The notes under the pieces are model-generated. The model did no database searches. It was not told where the DNA came from and saw nothing but the letters and a program-made list of their open reading frames with translations. A stretch of 64,000 nt of DNA from Syntrophothermus sp. DTU052 (GTDB lineage: Bacteria; Bacillota; Syntrophomonadia; Syntrophomonadales; DTU052), in the NCBI GenBank assembly GCA_001512495.1, contig LFRU01000095.1:9480-73479 (forward strand). Direction: 5' to 3'. Each line of letters begins with the position of its first letter. The first letter of the stretch is position 1. Both the position numbers and the translations under genes were made by a program. Below are positions 17,835 through 26,743 of the stretch, piece by piece.

Positions 17835-18922
17835 TGGAGACTCGAATCGGAGAGGTACTGCAGGTTACGGAGCGGAGGCCGGGTCTGGTGGAGATAGAGG
17901 TCAAGGTGGAAGGCACCACCCGCCGGGCCGTGGCCTACGAGGATGTTACCGGCGTTATCGGGATCGGCAACCGGGTGCTTTTGAATACCACCGCCACTAC
18001 CCTGGCCCTGGGGAGCGGCGGGTATGACTTTGTTATAGTTAACCTGGATCGGCCGGAGCTCCACCTGCAGGGTTCCGGTCACATTATGAAGATGAGGTAT
18101 ACTCCCTGGCAGTGCCGGGTGTTAAGTGTGGAGGAGGAGGCCAGTCCCCATCACCAGCTGCTTAAGTCGGTGCGGGATCTGGGGGGGATACCGGTTCTGG
18201 TGGCGACCCTGCATTCAATGCTGGCCCCTCTGTGTGCCTGTCTGGCCGCTCATGAACTGCAGGTGGCTTATTTGATGACAGATGCAGCCAGCCTGCCCCT
18301 GCCGTGGAGCCGCACGGTTGATCAGTTGAAGCGCTCCGGGCTCCTCAAGGGGACGGTTACTGCCGGGAATGCCTGGGGGGGCGACCTGGAGGCGGTCAAC
18401 ATCTTCAGCGGTCTTCTGGCGGCCAAAGCGGTCTTTGCCCCCGATGTGATCATTGTCGCCATGGGTCCGGGCATTGTTGGCACCGGGAGCAAATGGGGGT
18501 TCAGCGGCATTGAACAGGGGGTGATCCTGAATGCGGTACACAGCCTGCGAGGGCTGCCGGTGGCCGTACCTCGGATCAGCTTTGCCGACAGTCGGGAGAG
18601 ACACCGCGGTTTGAGTCATCATACCCTCACGGTTTTGGAGGAGGTGTGCCAGGTTAGAGTCCGGGTTCCGCTTCCCCTGTTGGAGCCGGAGAAGGCACGG
18701 GTAATTGAAGCCCAGGTGGCGGCCGGCAACCTCTCGGCCAAACACGAGGTTATCTATCGGGACGGCAGCCTGGTTGACAAGGCCCTGGAACGCTACGGGT
18801 TTAACCCTACCACCATGGGTCGGACCCGACAAGAGGACCATGATTTCTTCCTGGCCCTGGGTGCCGTCGCCCGGTATGCGATTGAGGTGGCAGGAGCCAC
18901 ATATTCCCCGGCCTGTGAGTGA
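17831..18922 (+). CDS. DUF3866 family protein
   Basis: 363 aa. The N-terminus (RIGEVLQVTERRPGLVEIEV...) and overall look match my recollection of DUF3866. ATGA overlap with the peptidase gene. Confidence 0.5.
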   Translation: MMETRIGEVLQVTERRPGLVEIEVKVEGTTRRAVAYEDVTGVIGIGNRVLLNTTATTLALGSGGYDFVIVNLDRPELHLQGSGHIMKMRYTPWQCRVLSVEEEASPHHQLLKSVRDLGGIPVLVATLHSMLAPLCACLAAHELQVAYLMTDAASLPLPWSRTVDQLKRSGLLKGTVTAGNAWGGDLEAVNIFSGLLAAKAVFAPDVIIVAMGPGIVGTGSKWGFSGIEQGVILNAVHSLRGLPVAVPRISFADSRERHRGLSHHTLTVLEEVCQVRVRVPLPLLEPEKARVIEAQVAAGNLSAKHEVIYRDGSLVDKALERYGFNPTTMGRTRQEDHDFFLALGAVARYAIEVAGATYSPACE

Positions 18923-19275
18923 GCGGATGGCAGATGCAGGATATGTTCAGCATGATAAGATGCAACAAACACCAGCTCGCACCTTCGGTTTTCGGAGCCG
19001 TTAACGGGTTATTAATTATGATTTTGACGGATGAAAGCGCATACGGTGACGTGGGGAGGGAGTTTTTTCAGTTCCCGCATCAGTAATCTCACCTTGCCCA
19101 CATACACCAGGCGGTTATTTAGAATTATAAGGCTCAATTTATCACCCCTCACCCAGCATATGCAAAACGAGGGTTAAGTTATGCACCGCTGCCGGGATCA
19201 TACCCGGGGATACAGAGACTTCTCCGGCAGGACGGCCGAGGAAAGCGGGCGCATATACTGAAAGGAGACGCTATT

Positions 19276-19806
19276 GTGGATTTCGCCGAGGTCAAAAAGA
19301 GCAGTCGCCAAATTTTTGCCGGAAAGATTATCAAGGTTAGGGTAGATACGGTGGAACTCCCCAACGGCAGGGAGGCTGCCCGAGAGTGTGTCGAGCACCC
19401 GGGAGCCGTGGCAGTAATTGCCCGGGATGACCAGGACCGGGTCTGTATGGTCCGGCAGTACCGCTACCCGGTGGGGGAGATGCTCTGGGAGATTCCGGCC
19501 GGCAAGCTCTCTCCCGGGGAAGATCCCCTGGAGTGCGCCCGCCGCGAGCTCTTGGAGGAAACAGGGATAACTGCTGCAACATGGGAGAAACTTTACTGCT
19601 ATTACACTACTCCCGGTTTCACCGATGAGGTAATGCACCTTTACCTGGCTACCGGTTTGATCCGGGGTGATAACCAACCGGACGAGGATGAGTTCCTCGA
19701 TGTGGAAATGTTTCCCTACCCGGAAGCCTGCGCCATGATGAGGCGTGGTGAGATCAAGGACGGCAAGACCCTGATTGCCCTGCTGCACCTGGGGCAAAGG
19801 GAATGA
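19276..19806 (+). CDS. nudF: ADP-ribose pyrophosphatase (Nudix hydrolase)
   Basis: Nudix box GKLSPGEDPLECARRELLEETG. GTG start 7 nt after SD AAAGGAGA. Confidence 0.85.
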   Translation: MDFAEVKKSSRQIFAGKIIKVRVDTVELPNGREAARECVEHPGAVAVIARDDQDRVCMVRQYRYPVGEMLWEIPAGKLSPGEDPLECARRELLEETGITAATWEKLYCYYTTPGFTDEVMHLYLATGLIRGDNQPDEDEFLDVEMFPYPEACAMMRRGEIKDGKTLIALLHLGQRE

Positions 19807-19861
19807 GTCGGGATGGACTTGGACAGCAGAATTATCTAAATGGACTGCAGGGAGAATCGAA

Positions 19862-21037
19862 GTGCAGTTATATTATGCTGACTTGCATGTTCATATCGGG
19901 CGCGCTCAAGGGCGGAAGATCAAGGTAACCGCTTCCGATAAGATGAACCTGGCCTATATCCTGAAGCACGGGGTCTTGGAGAAGGGCCTGCAGATGGTGG
20001 GTATTGTAGACTGCGGAAGCCCTCTGGTTTTGCAGGATATCGAAGAGCTGATCGAAGAGGGTGAACTCCAGCCCACCCGGAACGGGGATCTCATAAGCCG
20101 GCAGGGGGTTATGCTCCTGCTGGGGGTGGAGATTGAGAGCCGCGAAGGGGTTCATTTTATTGTCTATCTCCCGGACCTGGAGGCGGTAAAGACCTGGCAG
20201 AAAGTCATGCAGAGAAAAGTAACCAACCCCGTCTTGTCCACCCAGAAAACTTCCATGCGGGCAGTGGAGCTAATCGATCTGGCAGCGGTTCTGCGGGGAA
20301 TCTTCGTGATAGCCCATGCCTTTACTCCCCACCGCGGTGCCTACGGCTGCTGGGTTTACCGTCTATATGAGGGATTGGGTCAGCGGGTGAATCATGTTAT
20401 GGCTATAGAACTGGGGCTGTCATCGGATTCGGATATGGCGGATACGATTAGGGAGTCCCGCAAATATGCGTTTTTGTCCAACTCGGACGCCCATTCACCG
20501 GCGAACCTGGCCCGGGAATATAACCTTATTCGGATGGGCAGCCCGGGCTTTGCGGAGTTCAGAATGGCACTGACCGGTCAGAACGGGCGCCGGATCATGG
20601 CGAACTATGGGATGCATCCCCTCCTGGGCAAGTATCACCGTAGTTACTGTCCCCAATGCCGGGTAATTGCCAAAACCGATCAGGCAACCTTCACCTGCGA
20701 CACCTGCGAGCAGAAAATGATCCCCGGGGTATGGGACCGGATTCTCGCTATCAGGGATTATGAGACACCGCATCACCCTATAGGGAGGCCTCCCTATTAC
20801 TACCGGGTGCCGCTCCATTATATTCCCGGATTGGGGCCCAAAACATTTGCCCGGTTGCGCCGGGCATTCGGGAGTGAGATACAGATCATGGAACACGCGG
20901 ATCTTGAACTGATGAAGCGCATTATCAAACCTTCTGTAGTACACTATATCGAGAAAATGCGTAATAATGAGCTGGAGATAATTCCCGGGGGAGGTGGTTA
21001 TTACGGACAAGTTAAAAAAAGTAGTAATGACCACTGA
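19862..21037 (+). CDS. endonuclease Q-like PHP-domain protein (TIGR00375-type)
   Basis: N-terminal YADLHVHIG PHP metal motif and a C-terminal Cys4 cluster (CPQC...CDTC). SD AGGGAG precedes GTG 19862. The track start 19775 would overlap nudF. Confidence 0.6.
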   Translation: MQLYYADLHVHIGRAQGRKIKVTASDKMNLAYILKHGVLEKGLQMVGIVDCGSPLVLQDIEELIEEGELQPTRNGDLISRQGVMLLLGVEIESREGVHFIVYLPDLEAVKTWQKVMQRKVTNPVLSTQKTSMRAVELIDLAAVLRGIFVIAHAFTPHRGAYGCWVYRLYEGLGQRVNHVMAIELGLSSDSDMADTIRESRKYAFLSNSDAHSPANLAREYNLIRMGSPGFAEFRMALTGQNGRRIMANYGMHPLLGKYHRSYCPQCRVIAKTDQATFTCDTCEQKMIPGVWDRILAIRDYETPHHPIGRPPYYYRVPLHYIPGLGPKTFARLRRAFGSEIQIMEHADLELMKRIIKPSVVHYIEKMRNNELEIIPGGGGYYGQVKKSSNDH

Positions 21038-21725
21038 TGCCAGCGGGGCGGTATCCGCAGCTCAGCAGGGTTTGGCGGTAATGATAGTGGATGTTATTGA
21101 TATGTCAACCACTCTGGAGAGTGCCCTCGATGCCGGGGCCGTAAAAGTCTTCGGTGCCAGTCCTGATTTTACCCGCGCACCGGTGAAAGTGGATCCGGAA
21201 CGAATCGGGAGGATTGCCGCCCGTACAGCCCTGACTGAAGGGGTAGGGGTAATTGTGGTATCAGAACCCCGGACCGGTGGGGATGAGGAGCGGCTCCAGC
21301 GGTGTCAAAAATTAATGGAAGGGCTAAATAGCGAAGGGGTTATCATCGAAGCCGTAGTGCCCAACCTGGGAGCTGAGACCCCTCTGCTCACCCATTTTGA
21401 GAACCGGGTAGTGGTGGCAGTGACCGATACCGGGGGAGTCGCCTTTGACGCCGCCTACCAGGTCACCGATCAGGTCATTACCGGAACCATTGCCCGGACT
21501 CTCCGGCAAAAGGGAACCGCACCGGCTACTACTGCCGCCCTGCGCGCACTCACCCTGATGGAACACGCGCCTGGAATTGCCGTGGTTGCTGCCAGCCGCA
21601 ATTCCCAGGAAGACATCCTGGCTGCTCGTTACATACTGGAGCTTATTAAGGAACTGGCCGGTACCAGAGATATGGTATGCGAAGACCTGACGAACTCGGC
21701 CGGCAGCACCCGGGACACCCGCTAG
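20994..21725 (+). CDS. hypothetical protein, possibly ComB (2-phosphosulfolactate phosphatase)-like fold
   Basis: VMIVDVIDMSTTLESALDAGA near the N-terminus and SRNSQEDILAARYIL near the C-terminus resemble ComB-family signatures. Start ambiguous (GTG 20994 or ATG 21027). Confidence 0.35.
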   Translation: MVITDKLKKVVMTTDASGAVSAAQQGLAVMIVDVIDMSTTLESALDAGAVKVFGASPDFTRAPVKVDPERIGRIAARTALTEGVGVIVVSEPRTGGDEERLQRCQKLMEGLNSEGVIIEAVVPNLGAETPLLTHFENRVVVAVTDTGGVAFDAAYQVTDQVITGTIARTLRQKGTAPATTAALRALTLMEHAPGIAVVAASRNSQEDILAARYILELIKELAGTRDMVCEDLTNSAGSTRDTR

Positions 21726-22169
21726 GAGACTATCAGGCTGAGTGAGACCAAAGAACCGCCCCCGGTGCTGCTTGTTCCCCCGGCAAACTGGATTTGCAGC
21801 ATGTTGTTATGCAGTCTTATCATATTTGCTGCCTGGCACCTCACCTCATTTCTCCCGCCTGTATTCCCACAACCCGTTTTCCGGGGACGGTACAGCCGCC
21901 AAGCCGCCTCAGGCCTAGGTGCCGGTATTTCGCCGTCCGGGATGAAATAGGTCCGCCCGGAACCAAAACCAAACTTGGTATCAGCTTTTCCTTCCTCCTG
22001 GTGCTTTTTGGGCATAAAGTCGGCATTGAAAAAATAAGAATGCATCAGAGGCTAGTCCGGGGAATTGGTAGGCCGGAAGTAAATATCCTCCGGTGAGAAC
22101 GGGTTTTACCTTTACCGACTGCTCCCGCTTAAGAACAGGTCGTGGGGATCCGGTTTTGAGGAGGAAGGC

Positions 22170-22781
22170 ATGAATTTGAGGACCATGTATAAACAGCATA
22201 TCCAGGCCAACCTCTTCAAGTACCTGCTCATGATTGTGATATTCGGCCTGGGGGTTGCTGCCGGCGAGTTTAAGTCAGGAGATCTGGGTGCGGAAACCAG
22301 GAATCATCTGATTGACCTGATTGATCAACTGATACAACATGGGGCCTCTTTAACTGCCAGTAAAGGTGCACTGCTTTCGGCTGCGGGGAGCCAGATCAAG
22401 ACCGCAGCCCTGATGTGGTTTTTAGGAATGACCGTGGTTGGGGTTCCCCTGCTCCTGGGACTTATTTTTGCCCGCGCGTTTTCATTAGGATTTACCCTGG
22501 GTTTTCTCGTCGAGGAGAAAGGCAGTCTGGGTGTTTTGATGGGTATATCATCGGTCATTCCCCAAAACCTGATCTATGTTCCTTTTTTGTTGACCGGAGC
22601 GGTGGTATGTGTGAATTTCTCTCTGTTCCTCGTGCGGGGACGTTTTTATTCCTGGGCCGAACTGTGGCAGAATTTCGTGCTGTATACCCTGGTTATGATC
22701 GGCATCACCATTGTTCTGCTCGCGGGGGCACTGGTTGAATCGTACCTGTCTCCCTGGCTCTTATCGTTAATAATCGGTTAA
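22170..22781 (+). CDS. spoIIM: stage II sporulation protein M
   Basis: 203-aa polytopic membrane protein with a SpoIIM-like N-terminus. Strong SD GAGGAGGAAGG. Position near xerD as in Bacillus. Confidence 0.8.
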   Translation: MNLRTMYKQHIQANLFKYLLMIVIFGLGVAAGEFKSGDLGAETRNHLIDLIDQLIQHGASLTASKGALLSAAGSQIKTAALMWFLGMTVVGVPLLLGLIFARAFSLGFTLGFLVEEKGSLGVLMGISSVIPQNLIYVPFLLTGAVVCVNFSLFLVRGRFYSWAELWQNFVLYTLVMIGITIVLLAGALVESYLSPWLLSLIIG

Positions 22782-22793
22782 GGAGGAGGCTGT

Positions 22794-23057
22794 ATGTATA
22801 TTGTCGTCAGCAACCTGGGGAAAAAGCTCAAGACTTTAGGCAAGGTCCTGGTGTTTCTGCTGGCCCTGGGTGTGTTAATCCCGGGAGCAATTGCCCTGTA
22901 CAATAATTACGCCCCGGCGGTTTCCACCTGGTTGCAGGAGAAAAGCCAGGAGGTAGGACCGATGCGCACCGAACCCATGCAGAAAACCTGGTTTGATCAG
23001 GTAGTCGACCAGTACGTTATCAAACTGCAGGATTTCTATTACGAGGAGAGGGAATAA
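22794..23057 (+). CDS. small single-pass membrane protein (hypothetical)
   Basis: 87 aa with one N-terminal TM helix. SD AAGGAGGAGG upstream. Confidence 0.5.
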   Translation: MYIVVSNLGKKLKTLGKVLVFLLALGVLIPGAIALYNNYAPAVSTWLQEKSQEVGPMRTEPMQKTWFDQVVDQYVIKLQDFYYEERE

Positions 23058-23120
23058 AAAGCAGGAAATCACAGGGGACTGTCAAACTACTCTGGAAAGG
23101 CTGGATGGGGAGAGGATCGC

Positions 23121-24008
23121 ATGAAGGAACACCTGAATGAGTTCTTGGAGTACCTCAAATTTGAGAAAGGCCTTTCCGATAATACCCTGGAGGCTTATGG
23201 CCGCGATCTTTCGAAATTTCTGGCCTACCTGCAGTTGAGGAAGATAGAAACCCCGGGTGATGTTAAGAGGTCTGACATTTTGGCTTTTATCAGCCATCTG
23301 CTTGATGAAGGGGCGGCATTTTCAAGTTCCGCTCGCCACCTATCAAGTATAAAGTCCTTTTTTCGCTTTCTGGTGCTCGAAGGACATATTACCATCAACC
23401 CGGCGGACAACCTCGAAAGTCCCAAGATCCGGCGCAAACTGCCGGAGGTATTGACGGTGGAGGAGGTTGACCGCCTGATGGCCAGTCCCAACGTGGTTTC
23501 TCCGACCGGCCTGCGGGACCGCGCCATGTTTGAGTTGATGTATGCCACCGGACTCCGGGTGTCGGAACTGTTGTCCCTGGAAGTGGATGATATCAACCTT
23601 ACCGCGGGGTATGTCCGCTGCCTGGGGAAAGGGCGCAAGGAACGGATTGTGCCGGTGGGCAAGATTGCCAGCTTTTGGGTGGAGCGCTACATGGGACGTT
23701 CCCGGCAAAAACTTATCAAGGGTGCCTTTAATCGCACTCTTTTTGTAAATGCTAAAGGTAGGAAAATGACCCGCCAGGGTTTCTGGAAGCTGCTTAACAA
23801 ACACGTGGCTCGGGCTGGGATAACCAAAGAGGTAACACCCCATACCTTGCGGCATTCATTTGCCACTCACCTTTTGGAAAACGGTGCTGATCTCCGTTCA
23901 GTACAGGAGATGCTGGGACATGCCGACATAAGCACCACCCAGATCTATACGCACTTGACCAGACAACATTTAAGAGAGGTTTATCAGAAAAGTCACCCCC
24001 GGGCTTGA
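23121..24008 (+). CDS. xerD: site-specific tyrosine recombinase XerD
   Basis: SAM-like N-domain and catalytic domain with GLRVSEL and HTLRHSFATHLLENGADLRSVQEMLGHADISTTQIYTH. Confidence 0.9.
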   Translation: MKEHLNEFLEYLKFEKGLSDNTLEAYGRDLSKFLAYLQLRKIETPGDVKRSDILAFISHLLDEGAAFSSSARHLSSIKSFFRFLVLEGHITINPADNLESPKIRRKLPEVLTVEEVDRLMASPNVVSPTGLRDRAMFELMYATGLRVSELLSLEVDDINLTAGYVRCLGKGRKERIVPVGKIASFWVERYMGRSRQKLIKGAFNRTLFVNAKGRKMTRQGFWKLLNKHVARAGITKEVTPHTLRHSFATHLLENGADLRSVQEMLGHADISTTQIYTHLTRQHLREVYQKSHPRA

Positions 24009-24026
24009 TACAGGAGGAGATGCAGA

Positions 24027-25202
24027 ATTATTGACCGCGTTATAATAGTAATCCTGGACAGTATGGGAGTAGGGGAGTTGCCGGATGCCGCCGAGTACGG
24101 CGATGAAGAGAGCAATACCCTGGGCAATATCGCCCGGGCTGTGGGCGGGTTAGACCTTCCCCATTTTGAAAGCCTGGGATTGGGAAACATAACCCCTATA
24201 AAGGGGATAAAACCGGTACCTTATTGTCAGGCCGCATGGGGCAAGATGGCCGAGATGTCCTGCGGCAAGGATACCACTACCGGTCACTGGGAATTGATGG
24301 GGCTGGTAACCGAGCAGCCGTTTCCAGTTTATCCCCGGGGCTTTCCACCCGATTTGATCGAGAGATTTGAACAGGCGATTGGCCGGCGTGTTCTGGGAAA
24401 CAAGGTGGCTTCAGGAACAGAGATAATTGATGAACTGGGCGCGGAGCATGTTAGCACCGGACGCCCTATCGTTTACACCTCTGCCGACAGCGTTTTTCAG
24501 ATTGCTGCCCATGAAGAAGTAATACCTCTGGAGGAGCTCTACCGGATATGCCGGGTAGCCCGGGAGATGCTTACCGGCCCCCACGGGGTGGCCCGGGTAA
24601 TTGCTCGTCCATTTCTGGGGGAACCGGGCAGGTTTGTGCGCACTGAGAACCGGAAGGACTATTCCCTGGAACCGCCCGGAATCACCGCCCTGGATCTCCT
24701 GGTGAAGCACGGCCATGAGACTACCGGGATCGGCAAGATAAAGGATATTTTCGCCGGACGCGGGATCACCCGTCACATCCCGAGCAAGAATAACGCTGCA
24801 GGTATAAGGCACATCATCGATGTTATCGATTCCCAGGTGCGGGGCCTGGTGCTGGCCAACCTGGTGGACTTTGACACGAAGTACGGCCACCGCAACGACC
24901 CGGAGGGCTATTCCTTGGCCCTACAGGAGTTTGATCGGGCCATACCGGAAATGACCAATCGGTTGCGGGATGATGATATCCTGGTCTTGACCGCCGACCA
25001 CGGTTGTGACCCGACTACCTGCAGCACGGACCACTCCCGGGAATATGTCCCGCTTCTGGTTGTGGGGAAAAGAGTTCGGGGCGGAACCAATCTGGGAGTA
25101 CGGGAGAGCTTTGCCGACCTCGGAAAAACCGTGCTCGAGCTACTGGGGGTAGAGGGAGAAGGCATGCCGGGGCAGAGTTTTGCCGGCCTCCTCTTCGGCT
25201 GA
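24027..25202 (+). CDS. deoB: phosphopentomutase (probable non-canonical ATT start)
   Basis: The conserved N-terminal [18 protein letters not shown] lies upstream of the first ATG (24063). SD AGGAGGAG (24012-24019) lies 7 nt before ATT 24027. No ATG/GTG/TTG occurs in frame after the xerD stop. Confidence 0.85.
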   Translation: MIDRVIIVILDSMGVGELPDAAEYGDEESNTLGNIARAVGGLDLPHFESLGLGNITPIKGIKPVPYCQAAWGKMAEMSCGKDTTTGHWELMGLVTEQPFPVYPRGFPPDLIERFEQAIGRRVLGNKVASGTEIIDELGAEHVSTGRPIVYTSADSVFQIAAHEEVIPLEELYRICRVAREMLTGPHGVARVIARPFLGEPGRFVRTENRKDYSLEPPGITALDLLVKHGHETTGIGKIKDIFAGRGITRHIPSKNNAAGIRHIIDVIDSQVRGLVLANLVDFDTKYGHRNDPEGYSLALQEFDRAIPEMTNRLRDDDILVLTADHGCDPTTCSTDHSREYVPLLVVGKRVRGGTNLGVRESFADLGKTVLELLGVEGEGMPGQSFAGLLFG

Positions 25203-25352
25203 CCGGGCGTTGCCGTTTGCTATCCTTAGAAGCGGATTAAAGCGACCGGCGGACCATAACCGTTTACCGTTAGAGCCGTTACCATCAACCGACAGCTATT
25301 TCGGGGAAAGAACCGGAGAGAATGGAACTTGACGCCAGGAGAAGGTGAGAAT

Positions 25353-26660
25353 GTGAATGCCGAGGATATTATCCGGGCCAAACGCGATGGCCGGGAACTA
25401 ACCAGGGACGAAATAAACTACTTTATCCACGGCCTGGTCAATGGCAGGGTAGCCGATTACCAGGCTGCGGCCTGGGCGATGGCGGTGTACTTTCAGGGAA
25501 TGACTCCCCGGGAGACCAGTGATTTGGCCTTGGCTATGGCCTATTCCGGCGAGGTCATGGATCTGTCCGCCATTGAGGGCATAAAGGTTGACAAACACAG
25601 CACCGGGGGAGTTGGAGATAAAACCACCCCGGTGGTGGTTTCGCTGTGTGCAGCCGCGGGGGTGCCGGTAGCCAAGATGTCCGGCCGGGGTCTGGGCTTC
25701 ACCGGCGGCACCATCGACAAATTTGAGTCAATTCCCGGATTTAGGACGGAGCTCAGCCAACAGGAGTTTATAGATCAGGTCAACCGCATCAAGGCGGCCG
25801 TTGTATCACAGACCGGCAATCTGGTACCGGCTGACAAAATACTATATGCCATCCGGGATGTTACCGCAACCGTGGACAGCATACCGCTGATCGCCAGCAG
25901 CGTTATGAGCAAAAAAATTGCCTCGGGAGCCGATGGCATCGTACTCGATATTAAAGTGGGCCAGGGAGCCTTCATGAAAGATCTTGACTCTGCCGCTCAG
26001 TTGGCAGAGAGCATGGTGGCCATCGGGCGGCAGGCCGGGCGCCGGGTAGCGGCCATCCTCAGCGACATGAACCGGCCGCTGGGTTGGGCAATAGGAAACG
26101 CCCTGGAGATCCAGGAGGCAGTAGATACCTTACGGGGCCGGGGTCCGGAGGATCTCGCGGAACTATGCAGTATTCTGGCTTCCTACATGGTTTACCTGGG
26201 AGGTGCGGCTCCGAGCGTTGAGGAGGCCCGTGCTAAAGTAGAAGGAATCCTGGCCGATGGAAAGGGTTACCAAAAGCTGTGCGAGATGGTGGCCTACCAG
26301 GGCGGGCAGGCCGAAGACCTGGAGAGGATAGCTGAGATTGATCCGGCTCGGCTGCAGGTGGAGATCCGGGCCGATCGGGCCGGTTACATCCAGAGACTGC
26401 GTACAGATGAGATCGGAAGGATTGTAATGCGTTTGGGTGCCGGGAGGGAAAGGGCCGGAGAACCGATTGACCATGCCGTGGGAGTTAAGCTGCGGCGTAA
26501 AACCGGCGACCTGGTGGAGGTTAACGACACCCTGGCGGTGGTTTATGCCAATGACCGGCAGCGGCTGGAGGAGGCCCGGAAGGCCTGGCCGCAGGTATAT
26601 ACCTGGGGAGAGGAGCCGCCCCGGCCAACACCAATAGTCCTGGGCACAATCGCCGACTAG
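25353..26660 (+). CDS. pdp: pyrimidine-nucleoside (thymidine) phosphorylase
   Basis: AEDIIRAKRDGRELT N-terminus and the KHSTGGVGDKT motif. SD AGGAGAAGG precedes GTG 25353. Confidence 0.9.
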   Translation: MNAEDIIRAKRDGRELTRDEINYFIHGLVNGRVADYQAAAWAMAVYFQGMTPRETSDLALAMAYSGEVMDLSAIEGIKVDKHSTGGVGDKTTPVVVSLCAAAGVPVAKMSGRGLGFTGGTIDKFESIPGFRTELSQQEFIDQVNRIKAAVVSQTGNLVPADKILYAIRDVTATVDSIPLIASSVMSKKIASGADGIVLDIKVGQGAFMKDLDSAAQLAESMVAIGRQAGRRVAAILSDMNRPLGWAIGNALEIQEAVDTLRGRGPEDLAELCSILASYMVYLGGAAPSVEEARAKVEGILADGKGYQKLCEMVAYQGGQAEDLERIAEIDPARLQVEIRADRAGYIQRLRTDEIGRIVMRLGAGRERAGEPIDHAVGVKLRRKTGDLVEVNDTLAVVYANDRQRLEEARKAWPQVYTWGEEPPRPTPIVLGTIAD

Positions 26661-26743
26661 CACGATCACCGGCCAACAATCGACGGTATAATGAACGGGG
26701 AAAGCCAATAGATATACTCTAAAAGACAAAGGAGGATTTTCTC

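Noticed and set aside
19012-19152. 46-aa minus-strand ORF (VRGDKLSLIILNNRLVYVGKVRLLMRELKK...) in the DUF3866-nudF spacer. It looked vaguely like a toxin-antitoxin fragment.
   Set aside because: It is too short, has no SD and no partner gene, and I could not place it in any toxin family.
21722-22045. 107-aa minus-strand ORF in the gap before spoIIM.
   Set aside because: It has no ribosome-binding site and no recognisable family, and several frames are open here. It is kept only as a low-interest finding, not as a feature.
23121-24008. Tyrosine recombinase as a marker of an integrated mobile element.
   Set aside because: It has the full XerD signature and the conserved chromosomal context (spoIIM ... 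xerD-deoB). No att-like repeats, phage genes or transposon genes flank it.
26661-26743. Sigma-F/G promoter for dacF, using GTATA at 26686-26690.
   Set aside because: The best -10-like element (TATACTC) is 22 nt away, outside the accepted spacing.
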